DNA from: Escherichia coli O157:H7 | GTDB lineage: Bacteria; Pseudomonadota; Gammaproteobacteria; Enterobacterales; Enterobacteriaceae | Length of the DNA stretch: 32,000 nt | Assembly (NCBI RefSeq): GCF_013168055.1 | Contig: NZ_CP038402.1 | Strand: one strand, 5' to 3' | Notes under the pieces: generated by a model | The model's input: the letters and a program-made list of their open reading frames with translations, nothing else | Told to the model about the DNA's origin: nothing | Database searches by the model: none | Translations under genes and position numbers: made by a program | Shown here: one piece after another, positions 11,441 to 19,702 of the stretch | How positions within the stretch are numbered: position 1 is the stretch's first letter | How the letters are laid out: each line of letters begins with the position of its first letter

Positions 11441-11459
11441 TGGTGCGATAATAGGAACC
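11441..11459 (-). repeat. Degenerate att copy (thrW 3' end-like), candidate distal boundary of the P4-like satellite
   Basis: TGGTG-CGATAATAGGAACC versus TGGTGCCGATAATAGGAGTCGAACC at 24327. One deleted base in the first 17 nt. Confidence 0.55.
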
Positions 11460-11597
11460 AATAATCGCCACCAACACAATGATTTTAATACATAAATTAA
11501 AATAGAAGATTTAAACTACACACACCCCTATACACATTGGTGAAGGCGTTCGCTTTCCGCGCATTCTCAAGGCAGAAAAAACTTTTTTTGGGGGAAA

Positions 11598-11690
11598 ACT
11601 GTTCATACTACTCATTGTGTTTTTTTTCATTAATATTCAAAAAGATATGAAATTAACGATTGATAAGAAGTGAACACTTTACTGTTCACC
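11598..11690. repeat. Candidate alpha-primase recognition repeats near the att end (crr/ori-like)
   Basis: ACTGTTCAT at 11598. AGTGAACACTTTACTGTTCACC at 11669 contains the inverted pair GTGAACA...TGTTCAC. Confidence 0.45.
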
Positions 11691-11989
11691 TTGACTGATT
11701 AATAAGTGCATAAAAACCTAATTTTTGAGCACGGAAGGTATTTGTTCCTTACCCCATTTTTTCTCTTTAGTCCAGTACAACAAAAAATGCGCCCAACAGA
11801 AAACTGTTTTGAATTTAAATGCAATCGCTTTGTAGTGATTGTAACGTAAGTTGATTTGATGGGTGCGATTTTGTTTAGCGATAATGGTATGTTGTAAAAA
11901 TCATTTCGTTGCAATAAAATTGCATCGCTACATTTTATAGACAATATCAATTAAATTTTAATACTCATTATTAATTTTGAGGCTAACAA

Positions 11990-12946
11990 GTGACTAGTTA
12001 TTCAAACTTTTCCAATCAAATAAAAGAAACCATCAATAATAAATTCGATCATGAAATTCATGATTGGGACATTATAAAAAACTCAATCACAACTTTAATA
12101 AATAAAAATATCCATGGTGCAGGTAGAAATATCGTTGATTTTATAGATTTAGGTAACTGGGATTTTATTTCAAACTTTTCCTTTGATGACTCTACAAGAA
12201 GACTTGAATTAGAGTGGCACCCCAATGATAAATTCCATATATATATTGAGTCCGTTGTGTTTGTCGAGTTTAATGACACTATATATGCTTTCTTAAAGGG
12301 ATACTATCACAATCAGTTATCTCTAAATAGAATATATAATACAAAATGCTCTTCATGTTCATTTGAAAACTCAGGTTCTTATATGGTAGACGTTTATAGA
12401 ACGGTTAAAAGAGTAAATGAGACAATCCAGACCCCAAATATAAATTGCTATACTACATGTATTTTAACAAGGCCCGCAAATGGTCATGTTACATCTACAG
12501 GCTTCTCACGAAACCTCATGGATGCGATAAATATTTCATTAGCAGAGCACAAAATAGCCTCTTTACATAATGAAGTCATGAGTATTGAGGAATATGATCG
12601 TGATTCTTTACAAGAGAAAGGAAATACTGCCAGGAGATATTTAGAATATATTCTCATGCTTGTTAATATTCGTATAATGCATTTAAACAACGTTCAATAC
12701 CAAGAGCAAATGCTAGGTAGTTTAGTTTCTGTTATTGAGGCTCTGGACTATGAACCATTAATGAAAAATGATGTTGAAATTACAAAGGACATCCTTAATG
12801 CTTGCAGCCACCACGGGGGGGTTAGAATTGAAAAGAAAGATGTAATTTTTTCTTTGGAAGTTATTGAAAACTTAATTAAAGCCATAAAGAAAACCGACAT
12901 AAATAAATTACAACTCGATGGGATGTTTAAATCAATTCAAAAATAA
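11990..12946 (+). CDS. Uncharacterised AT-rich cargo protein, 318 aa
   Basis: Long AT-rich ORF inside the satellite between the distal att copy and the alpha primase. No recognised family motif. Confidence 0.7.
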   Translation: MTSYSNFSNQIKETINNKFDHEIHDWDIIKNSITTLINKNIHGAGRNIVDFIDLGNWDFISNFSFDDSTRRLELEWHPNDKFHIYIESVVFVEFNDTIYAFLKGYYHNQLSLNRIYNTKCSSCSFENSGSYMVDVYRTVKRVNETIQTPNINCYTTCILTRPANGHVTSTGFSRNLMDAINISLAEHKIASLHNEVMSIEEYDRDSLQEKGNTARRYLEYILMLVNIRIMHLNNVQYQEQMLGSLVSVIEALDYEPLMKNDVEITKDILNACSHHGGVRIEKKDVIFSLEVIENLIKAIKKTDINKLQLDGMFKSIQK

Positions 12947-13050
12947 ACATCATCTAACAATGAATTAGATGCATTTTCCGCTGACGCCTTAGCATATAAC
13001 TTTTAAATTTTATCGATATATATTTTGAGATAATTTCCTGTAGCGGATTT

Positions 13051-13071
13051 AAGACCGGCACAGCCGGTCTT
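13051..13071 (-). terminator. Hairpin downstream of the alpha primase gene
   Basis: AAGACCGGC-ACA-GCCGGTCTT, a perfect 9-bp stem 8 nt beyond the stop codon. T-tract is weak. Confidence 0.5.
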
Positions 13072-13078
13072 AGGTCAG

Positions 13079-15412
13079 TTATTTCGCTGCAAACTCATCG
13101 CATTTTGGCAACCAGTCAGCATTGCTTTCCTCTCTTAGGGCCAGATTAGTCTGCATTCCTTGATTGGTCCGTCGTTTCTCATACTGCAGCCCATATTCCT
13201 TGAGCATTAACGGTAGCCCCTTGCCAAACATGGTCAGACTGAGCGTATTTTTATAGCCGTTAGCCTCCATGTAGACCAGATAGGCATGGTAGAGGTAAGT
13301 TCGAGGCTGACGTGGAACAATATTAGCGTTCCCCATAAACATGCCCGTGGTGTCAGGTAGGACCTCAAGGTAGCCGCAAAAATCAAAAGCTGAATCAGCA
13401 TCACGTTTGATGGTGAGCGCTTCATCGGAGTTCTGCTGTGACTGAAGCAATGTCCTGGCACTCATTGGGTCGCTGAAACGCTGCATAAGCTGGCGAACAA
13501 TCACCGCTAGCTCACTGGCAATTTTCTCTTTGAGCTGGGTATCGCGTTCCTCCGGGGCTATCTGGTCGGGGAAATGCAGGATCACCCTTCGGCGTGAAAC
13601 TCCACCACTACGATCAGTGAAGCGCATCGGATTATTGTTCACAGCCAGGATGACCGCCGGGATGTGGGTTGAATAGGCGTTCTGATATTTGGGATCAACG
13701 GATACCGCATCGCCGCCAGTGATGGCTTTTAGTCCGGCCCCGTCACCGCTCCACTTTTCCTGGTCGGGAAGTCGAATCAGTGAAAAACCTATTAACGCAG
13801 CTCGTTCTCTTGGCGACTCAAGCATTTCAATGGTTGCCGAGGTCGCGTTATCTTCACCCGCCAGCATGGTTGCTATTTCAGCAAGAATACTCTTTCCACT
13901 TCCGCCAGGGCCAGTGACCTCCAGAAACAGCTGCCAGTCATAACGGTTAGCCAGCACCATAAACAATGCAGCCAGAATAATGTCCCGTTTTTCAGGATTA
14001 AAACCTGCGGCACGATCCAGCCAGCGCCAGAATGCCGGGGCATGGGTTTCCAGTGACTCACCGTCAACGGGCTGCGTGTAATCCACCTCGCACAGCGTAC
14101 GTAACCAGTGCTTCTTATCGTGCGGGCTGAACAATCCTGTCCGGGTATCGAGCACACCGTTGCGAAATCCGATAAGTTGCCGCGCCGGATTCTGCTGTTG
14201 CGGAACGATCAGTTTGAGGGTTTCCACGAGAGACGCAATTTTCGCGGATGAAAAAGGTGCGTCGAGGCGCTGAAACAGCGCAGCGACATCACGGGCAAAA
14301 TCGGCGTAATAGATAACTTTCCAGGCCCCCGCCTCATAGCGTGAAAGGAGCTGCCCGTTCGGGTCTACTGCCAGTGAATTTTTATAGTGATCCACTACCC
14401 TCTGCGCTTTTTCGCTGACGCTCAGCGCGGTAAATTCAGCTTCGCTCATTGTGTCGAAGGGGCTGGCAACAGCTGGTTTTATTACTTCATGAATTGCATG
14501 CCGGGTGGCTTCTTCGCCGTTTTGCGTGAATGCATCGTTCCAGTCACCAAACACAGGCGGGAGCGCCATTGTGCAATTGCAGGCCCCGGTAACAGCTGCG
14601 CCCCTTGTTTGCCCCGCACCGTTGAGATCGCGGTCAGCAGCAATAATTATCTGGTGCGTTGGGTACTCACTGCAGGCAATGCTCGCCAGGGAAAGGAAAT
14701 TGACGGACGAAAAGGCCACCATGACAGCATCGCCAGTCAGATAGTTGATAGTAAGTGCGGTGGCATATCCTTCCGCTATCCAGAGCCGTTTGGCTGCTTT
14801 GGCAGTACCTTCAACCAGGTAAAAGGCATTCTTAACCTGACCGCCTTTAAGGAAGCATTTGCCCCCATTAGCGTTGATTAACTGCAGATTTACCAGCTCT
14901 CCATCTGCATACAATGGAACGACAAGATCTCCCGCGCGAAATGCCACACCACCGACTTTATGCATAGCGGTTAATTCCCGGCAAGGCAGTGCAGGAAACC
15001 CTTTACTCGTCAGATAGGCATTGCCAGTGGTCTGGCGGGACTTATCAAACAAACGGGCAGCCAGCACTGCTGCAGCTTTTCTCCCGTCCTCTTTTTCAGG
15101 AGAACCAGATTCAAGCATTCCCTGAGATACTGGCAGCAGGTTTCCGATAATGCCGTTTATTCTGTCTGCCGCTTCACTAATGCCTACATCCAGTACTTTA
15201 CTTACAAGCGCCAGGCCATCACCTGCCCCGCACTGGTTACAGAACCACGTTCCCCGCCCTTCCTGGTCATCAAATCGAAAGCGGTCTTTCCCGGCACAGA
15301 CCGGGCAGGGCTGGTGCCGATTTTTCAGTACATTTACGCCCAGCGCAGGTAAAATTCTTGACCAGTGACCCCGAGCTGCTTTCTCAGCCTGGCTAACTTT
15401 CATTCCTGACAT
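13079..15412 (-). CDS. P4-type alpha protein: primase and SF3-type helicase (ORF track extends to 15469)
   Basis: CPVCAGKDRFRFDD...WFCNQCGAGDGL zinc finger, TOPRIM-like IIAADRDLNGAG, and Walker A TGPGGSGKS. Start chosen at MSGMKVSQAEKAARGHW. Confidence 0.93.
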   Translation of the reverse strand: MSGMKVSQAEKAARGHWSRILPALGVNVLKNRHQPCPVCAGKDRFRFDDQEGRGTWFCNQCGAGDGLALVSKVLDVGISEAADRINGIIGNLLPVSQGMLESGSPEKEDGRKAAAVLAARLFDKSRQTTGNAYLTSKGFPALPCRELTAMHKVGGVAFRAGDLVVPLYADGELVNLQLINANGGKCFLKGGQVKNAFYLVEGTAKAAKRLWIAEGYATALTINYLTGDAVMVAFSSVNFLSLASIACSEYPTHQIIIAADRDLNGAGQTRGAAVTGACNCTMALPPVFGDWNDAFTQNGEEATRHAIHEVIKPAVASPFDTMSEAEFTALSVSEKAQRVVDHYKNSLAVDPNGQLLSRYEAGAWKVIYYADFARDVAALFQRLDAPFSSAKIASLVETLKLIVPQQQNPARQLIGFRNGVLDTRTGLFSPHDKKHWLRTLCEVDYTQPVDGESLETHAPAFWRWLDRAAGFNPEKRDIILAALFMVLANRYDWQLFLEVTGPGGSGKSILAEIATMLAGEDNATSATIEMLESPRERAALIGFSLIRLPDQEKWSGDGAGLKAITGGDAVSVDPKYQNAYSTHIPAVILAVNNNPMRFTDRSGGVSRRRVILHFPDQIAPEERDTQLKEKIASELAVIVRQLMQRFSDPMSARTLLQSQQNSDEALTIKRDADSAFDFCGYLEVLPDTTGMFMGNANIVPRQPRTYLYHAYLVYMEANGYKNTLSLTMFGKGLPLMLKEYGLQYEKRRTNQGMQTNLALREESNADWLPKCDEFAAK

Positions 15413-15425
15413 TGTGCGGCCCTCC

Positions 15426-15749
15426 TTAGTGCAGCGCTGGTTTGTTGAGGTGACGGGAACAAAGTTCATCCATGACCGTCATTCCGAGCAGTGAGAGAAC
15501 CGGACAGGCTTTAAGCGGCCCCGACTCCATCAGATCCGAAAGCAACGCGCAGGCAATTTCCAGCCCTCTTTGCTGCCCATGCTGGCGCAGATAGAACCCT
15601 TCCAGCTCGCGGGCTATGGCATCTTCAAGTTCAGCGAGCGTCAGGCCGGAATAACGTTCCTGATGATTGCTTAGAGCCAGCCAGGCACAGGCAACGGCAC
15701 GGCGATACAGAGCGGCACGAAGTGCCAGAAGAGATTCACAGCATATCAT
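15426..15749 (-). CDS. Small satellite protein of the alpha operon, function unknown
   Basis: 107 aa ORF in tight array with its neighbours in a P4-like early operon. Confidence 0.6.
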   Translation of the reverse strand: MICCESLLALRAALYRRAVACAWLALSNHQERYSGLTLAELEDAIARELEGFYLRQHGQQRGLEIACALLSDLMESGPLKACPVLSLLGMTVMDELCSRHLNKPALH

Positions 15750-15970
15750 CAGGCCACCTCCGCATTCATCAGGTCGTCATGGCAGCGTTGCACCACTCCA
15801 TCCAGTTGCTCTGTCATCAGATAAATGAGGGAAACCAGTTGTTCGCATTGGGCACCTGCTGGCTTTTCATAACAGTCCTGCAGGGCTGCCATGCCAGTTA
15901 CATACTCACCCACATTGCGTAAATGTTTCAGCCTTACAACATCGTCGTAGGAAATCTCAAACTGGTTCAT
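15749..15970 (-). CDS. Small satellite protein of the alpha operon, function unknown
   Basis: 73 aa ORF overlapping neighbours at both ends (1 nt and 4 nt). Confidence 0.55.
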   Translation of the reverse strand: MNQFEISYDDVVRLKHLRNVGEYVTGMAALQDCYEKPAGAQCEQLVSLIYLMTEQLDGVVQRCHDDLMNAEVA

Positions 15971-16524
15971 AGCGTCACCTCCCCGGCAGGCAGCCGTGCA
16001 GAAAGGGAGAGTACATAATCTCGGACTAGCAAACGGCGCGCGGAACGCTCATCGCAGGAGACAGTGCGAAGCATACAGATGCGGGGGTGAGTGTCAGCAC
16101 GGCGGATTGCGGCAAACACAAAGACATATTGCGGGTGTGACGGGGTGAGGATTGTAGCCATGATGGCAGCCTCCAATAAGTAGCGGTTATTGCTACCACC
16201 GGAAACGCCAATTTCACTGGTGGCAGCCCGAACGGGGTTGGCGTAACCGGCCTTATTGGAAACCGGCCAGCCCGAAGGCTGCCCCGCCCGGACTACCATT
16301 ATCTCGATAGAACCATGGTGTAAGCATAAACACCACAGCCCTGAAAATGGTTGTGCCTGAGCTACGACGTAAAAAAAGACGCAAGGGGCGTCAATTGTCG
16401 CCAATAAGTTATACGGAACGCCAATTCCGGCTGCCGATTTTGCGACAGCGGAAAAACTATACCTGGAAATGACGACAGTAAGCAAGCCAGAATAAAGGTA
16501 TTTAATGTATGCAGGTATCATCAT
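15967..16524 (-). CDS. Ash / Icd-like family protein (P4-type)
   Basis: [22 protein letters not shown]... and C-terminal [28 protein letters not shown] match the recalled Ash/Icd-like pattern. Confidence 0.6.
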   Translation of the reverse strand: MMIPAYIKYLYSGLLTVVISRYSFSAVAKSAAGIGVPYNLLATIDAPCVFFYVVAQAQPFSGLWCLCLHHGSIEIMVVRAGQPSGWPVSNKAGYANPVRAATSEIGVSGGSNNRYLLEAAIMATILTPSHPQYVFVFAAIRRADTHPRICMLRTVSCDERSARRLLVRDYVLSLSARLPAGEVTL

Positions 16525-16781
16525 GCATCACATCCCCGCCCACGGGCGCTGATGCGGTCCGCCATCCATGCGCTGACCTCAGACTGTGCCCAGGCGACAT
16601 TTTTACCGCCAAGCGGGATCTGCTTCGGAAACGCATCGCGGCTGATCAGGTCGTAAACGGTCGAACGGGACAACCCGCATAAGTGCATCACCTCAGGCAG
16701 GCGTAAAAATCGCTCATGATGGTTCGATACAGGAAATAATGGCGCAGCAGGAGCTGGCGCAGACACAGAAATATTACGCAT
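16521..16781 (-). CDS. AlpA/Vis-like transcriptional regulator (MerR-like HTH)
   Basis: [53 protein letters not shown]. Confidence 0.88.
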   Translation of the reverse strand: MRNISVSAPAPAAPLFPVSNHHERFLRLPEVMHLCGLSRSTVYDLISRDAFPKQIPLGGKNVAWAQSEVSAWMADRISARGRGCDA

Positions 16782-17351
16782 TTATCTACCCTCTTTAATT
16801 TCCACAACAGTCCGGATGAATTTATCCGGGTTCAGGTAGTTCCTTATTATGTGTATATAAACCACCTGCGCACGCATTTTTTATTTAGCGTCACATATTG
16901 ATTTTATGGAATTTAAAGCCCGATTAAACCATATAAAATGACATAATAAATACCATGCCTGCGGACTATAAATACAGGAGCATTAATAGGAACTACCATT
17001 CACCCAGGGTTTACTATCCTATGGGTCATTGCACCTGATAGTGCTAACCCCACCGCCAATACAGCAAGGCAGTACAACTTCTACACGAGGCCTTGCATTG
17101 CAGGCCCCAATTTCCGGGCATATTTTTGAATCGCATCCAACTTATAAACATTGGGCCTGCATAAAAACCTTGATATTAAATAACATCACCTTAAATCGTA
17201 AAATATATCCGAATGAATCCATAAAGAACCGGACAGATCTAGTTTTATAAAAATCAGTATGAAATGCAACACCATGGCCAGAGGCGAAAATGTTATTCCC
17301 CGGCAAAAACATGCAGTCTATTTATGTGCCTGTTGAATACTCCTGAATAAG

Positions 17352-17550
17352 GGTGAATAGTGGTGAGGAGCAAAAAACAAATAGCTACGAGGAATAAAAA
17401 AACCACCCATTATGAAAAAATACCATAAATAATTTTATTCCCATGTGAACAGTTATGAACAGTCGATGAATACTGCCATGCCAACCCTTCACCTTATAAC
17501 CTTCTGTATTACCTATTTTTTTTACCTAAGTGAATAGTAGTGAATAGTTA
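17352..17550. repeat. Cluster of GTGAAYAG iterons, candidate P4-like replication origin
   Basis: GGTGAATAG 17352, GTGAACAGT 17445, ATGAACAGT 17455, ATGAATACT 17466, AGTGAATAGT at about 17530 and 17539. Confidence 0.5.
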
Positions 17551-17714
17551 AGGTAAGTCTGAAACAGCCTTAGTTAAACGAGGCCTTTTCTGGCTAGCCA
17601 AAAGAGGTCCGGGGCGGTTCAGTCTTTGTCTTGTCGCTCGCACAATGGCGTTCAATGGCAGCTTTGTATGCATCACAGCACAATTGACACCACGACAAAC
17701 CACTAGGTGCTGAC

Positions 17715-18467
17715 ATGACAATCCCAGAACAGAACAATAACCCGATCGTTGAAATTTCTATCCCTGTTTCGACGCAACAGGCGCTTGAGAAAGTGAATGC
17801 CACCAAATCTGCATGGCTTGAAGCACGTCGTCAGCAAAAAGCGGCAGCGGATAATATTGCGACAATCCGCCAGCGCCGCGCTGAAATGGAAGCCACGACG
17901 AACGCCCTGAATGAGGAGTGGCGCACGCTATTTCGTGAAAGTCAGGGCGTAGTCTCAAAGGAAATGAAAAAACTGCGCACGGAAATTGCGCTGGGACGAG
18001 AAACGCTTGAGGATTTTGATGAGCTGCTGGCGGCTCAGGAAAGCGAAAATGCACTTTTGCCGCAGGAGGCTGCGGAATTAGCCGGAAAGTATATCCACGC
18101 GCACGACACCCTTGTGGGTATTCGCGCAAAACAAATCTGGGAAGATTTTATGCAGTCGCATGGAAAAGCACTAATCCAGACACTAAGCCTGCTCAAATCA
18201 ACAATGGGCAGGGAAGCCAGCGCAGTTGTCGGTGTGGTGCATTCAGTTAATGACCCGGACACACTGCTGAAAGATTTTATTCATAAACATATCACCAGAC
18301 CGGCTCTGACTAACGATGCGATGCCCGAACAGGACCCCGTGTTTAAACTGGCGGGAGTTGCCCCGGATTATGCGGCCCGTCTGGATTTCAGTAATAAACT
18401 CTCTCCAGCAGCTATGCATAAAATGAAGGTTCGTCAGGAACGTGCTGAGAAGGAGAAAGCAGTATGA
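17715..18467 (+). CDS. Sid-like capsid size determination protein
   Basis: 250 aa. EEWRTLFRESQGVVSKEMKKLRTEIALGRETLEDFDELLAAQE resembles P4 Sid DDWRTAFRAAGGVLSDELKQRHIERVARRELVQEYDNLAVVLNFE. Confidence 0.65.
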   Translation: MTIPEQNNNPIVEISIPVSTQQALEKVNATKSAWLEARRQQKAAADNIATIRQRRAEMEATTNALNEEWRTLFRESQGVVSKEMKKLRTEIALGRETLEDFDELLAAQESENALLPQEAAELAGKYIHAHDTLVGIRAKQIWEDFMQSHGKALIQTLSLLKSTMGREASAVVGVVHSVNDPDTLLKDFIHKHITRPALTNDAMPEQDPVFKLAGVAPDYAARLDFSNKLSPAAMHKMKVRQERAEKEKAV

Positions 18468-19015
18468 TGGCCCGAGTCACTCCAGACCAAGCGCTTATCA
18501 GTTTTAGAAATGCCCGTATTCTGTGGGCTGGACATAGTGAGAGCCGAAAAGCCGTTGAACAACAGATAGAATCACTCCTCACTGCCATGGAAAAACCAGC
18601 AGATTATGCTCGACAGCTCGAATTACAGCGGGAACATCTGGATGTGCTGAAATGGCAAATTAACTGTGCTGCGCGCGAATGCATTTACTCGCAGCATCAA
18701 CTGATGGAGGCCTGCACAGAAGACGCTCTCAGCAATTTTATGCAGGCGAATGGAGCAGCCCTGACATCTGCACTGGCTCCGTTCCTGAAGGGGCGCGGAG
18801 GGGTTGACGTTGCGTCCCGTATATTACGCAATGCTCTGGTTCGCCAGCTGGCAATAACACCGCCTGAAATTGCCGGGGATTATCGTATGATTCTGGATGA
18901 ATCCGGTGTGATGCCTGACCCCATGATGGTTCGTGATTGCCAGAGCTCTTACACCCCTGCACAACAACTGCGCTTTCAGCAACGTCTGGATTACATTAAC
19001 GGCATGCAGGAGTAA
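18464..19015 (+). CDS. Psu-like polarity suppression protein
   Basis: LDVLKWQINCAARECIYSQHQL...LSNFMQANGAALTSALAPFLKG resembles P4 Psu EVRKWQVNQAAGRYIRSHEAV...LNDFMQQHGTALAAALAPEL. Confidence 0.8.
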   Translation: MMARVTPDQALISFRNARILWAGHSESRKAVEQQIESLLTAMEKPADYARQLELQREHLDVLKWQINCAARECIYSQHQLMEACTEDALSNFMQANGAALTSALAPFLKGRGGVDVASRILRNALVRQLAITPPEIAGDYRMILDESGVMPDPMMVRDCQSSYTPAQQLRFQQRLDYINGMQE

Positions 19016-19020
19016 TATTA

Positions 19021-19293
19021 ATGGCACTTAAATGTCCCGAATGCGGTACGACGGCACACGCCAGAACCTCCGCCTATGAAGCACCATCGGTTAAACGCTC
19101 ATGGTATCAGTGCCAGAATCTTGAATGTTCCTACACATTTACCGCACTGGAAAGTGTGGATACGATAATCATGAAGCCCCGGCGCAATGAACAGGAATCA
19201 GAGAAAGCACAAATGCCGGAAAAACAACAGCAAACTCTCAATCGCTATGGCTCCGCGTCAAAGCTGTCAAGCCGTCAGCAAATTCCTGTCTGA
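19021..19293 (+). CDS. Ogr/Delta-family zinc-finger late activator (single-domain)
   Basis: MALKCPECGTTAHARTSAY...WYQCQNLECSYTFTALESV; C-x2-C...C-x4-C with the AHARTS signature. Confidence 0.88.
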   Translation: MALKCPECGTTAHARTSAYEAPSVKRSWYQCQNLECSYTFTALESVDTIIMKPRRNEQESEKAQMPEKQQQTLNRYGSASKLSSRQQIPV

Positions 19294-19313
19294 TTAGCAA
19301 AAAAAGCCCACGT

Positions 19314-19340
19314 AATCCCGGTCCAGTACTGGGATTTTTT
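19314..19340 (+). terminator. Rho-independent terminator of the late cluster
   Basis: AATCCCGGT-CCAGT-ACTGGGATT stem-loop followed by TTTT; U-tract downstream of the ogr-like stop. Confidence 0.75.
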
Positions 19341-19368
19341 ACGCCTTTTCCCTGGCTGGCCTGAGAGC

Positions 19369-19535
19369 GCATGAGTGCATGTCTATAGCGCATGAAAACG
19401 CATGATTCTCATGCACCATTTTTGACGCGAAAGCCCTTGTGTGGTGGCTTCTGAGACGATTTGCGGAATGCATGAAAACCAGTCTGTTAAGCGAAGCGAG
19501 CAGGCGTGGGGGGCTGCGCGCGCTAAGGGGTTAGA
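19369..19535. other. Candidate cos/packaging region (GCATGA repeats plus G/C-rich block)
   Basis: GCATGA-type repeats at 19369, 19390, 19400 and 19470, then GGCGTGGGGGGCTGCGCGCGCTAAGGGG at about 19503. Position between late genes and int cargo matches P4 cos. Confidence 0.3.
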
Positions 19536-19646
19536 TTATAAAATATCAAACGCCGGTGAGATCCATTATTGTGGAACCACCCGAAGGAAGTGTAGAGGCG
19601 AAAGTACCCAAAATAATTTTGCAAATTATTTAGAAATGAACTGAGC

Positions 19647-19672
19647 GCTCGAAACGAAATATAATTTCGAGC
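19647..19672 (-). terminator. Hairpin 3' of the ABC-3C operon
   Basis: GCTCGAAA-N10-TTTCGAGC, 8-bp stem about 30 nt past the ATPase stop. No strong U-tract. Confidence 0.35.
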
Positions 19673-19702
19673 ACCCCAATTAGCAGTTATATTTTTAATG
19701 TA

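Noticed and set aside
14387-14881. 164-aa plus-strand ORF opposite the alpha primase
   Set aside because: Antisense shadow of the primase-helicase CDS.
19441-19644. 67-aa ORF as a coding gene
   Set aside because: No recognisable family and composition typical of noncoding cos-flank sequence. It lacks a convincing ribosome-binding site.
19441-19700. Possible retron msr-msd-like noncoding RNA (stem-loops plus tiny ORF) beside the defence operon
   Set aside because: No reverse transcriptase is encoded anywhere in the window. The hairpin at 19647-19672 is better explained as an operon end, and the rest as cos-region sequence.
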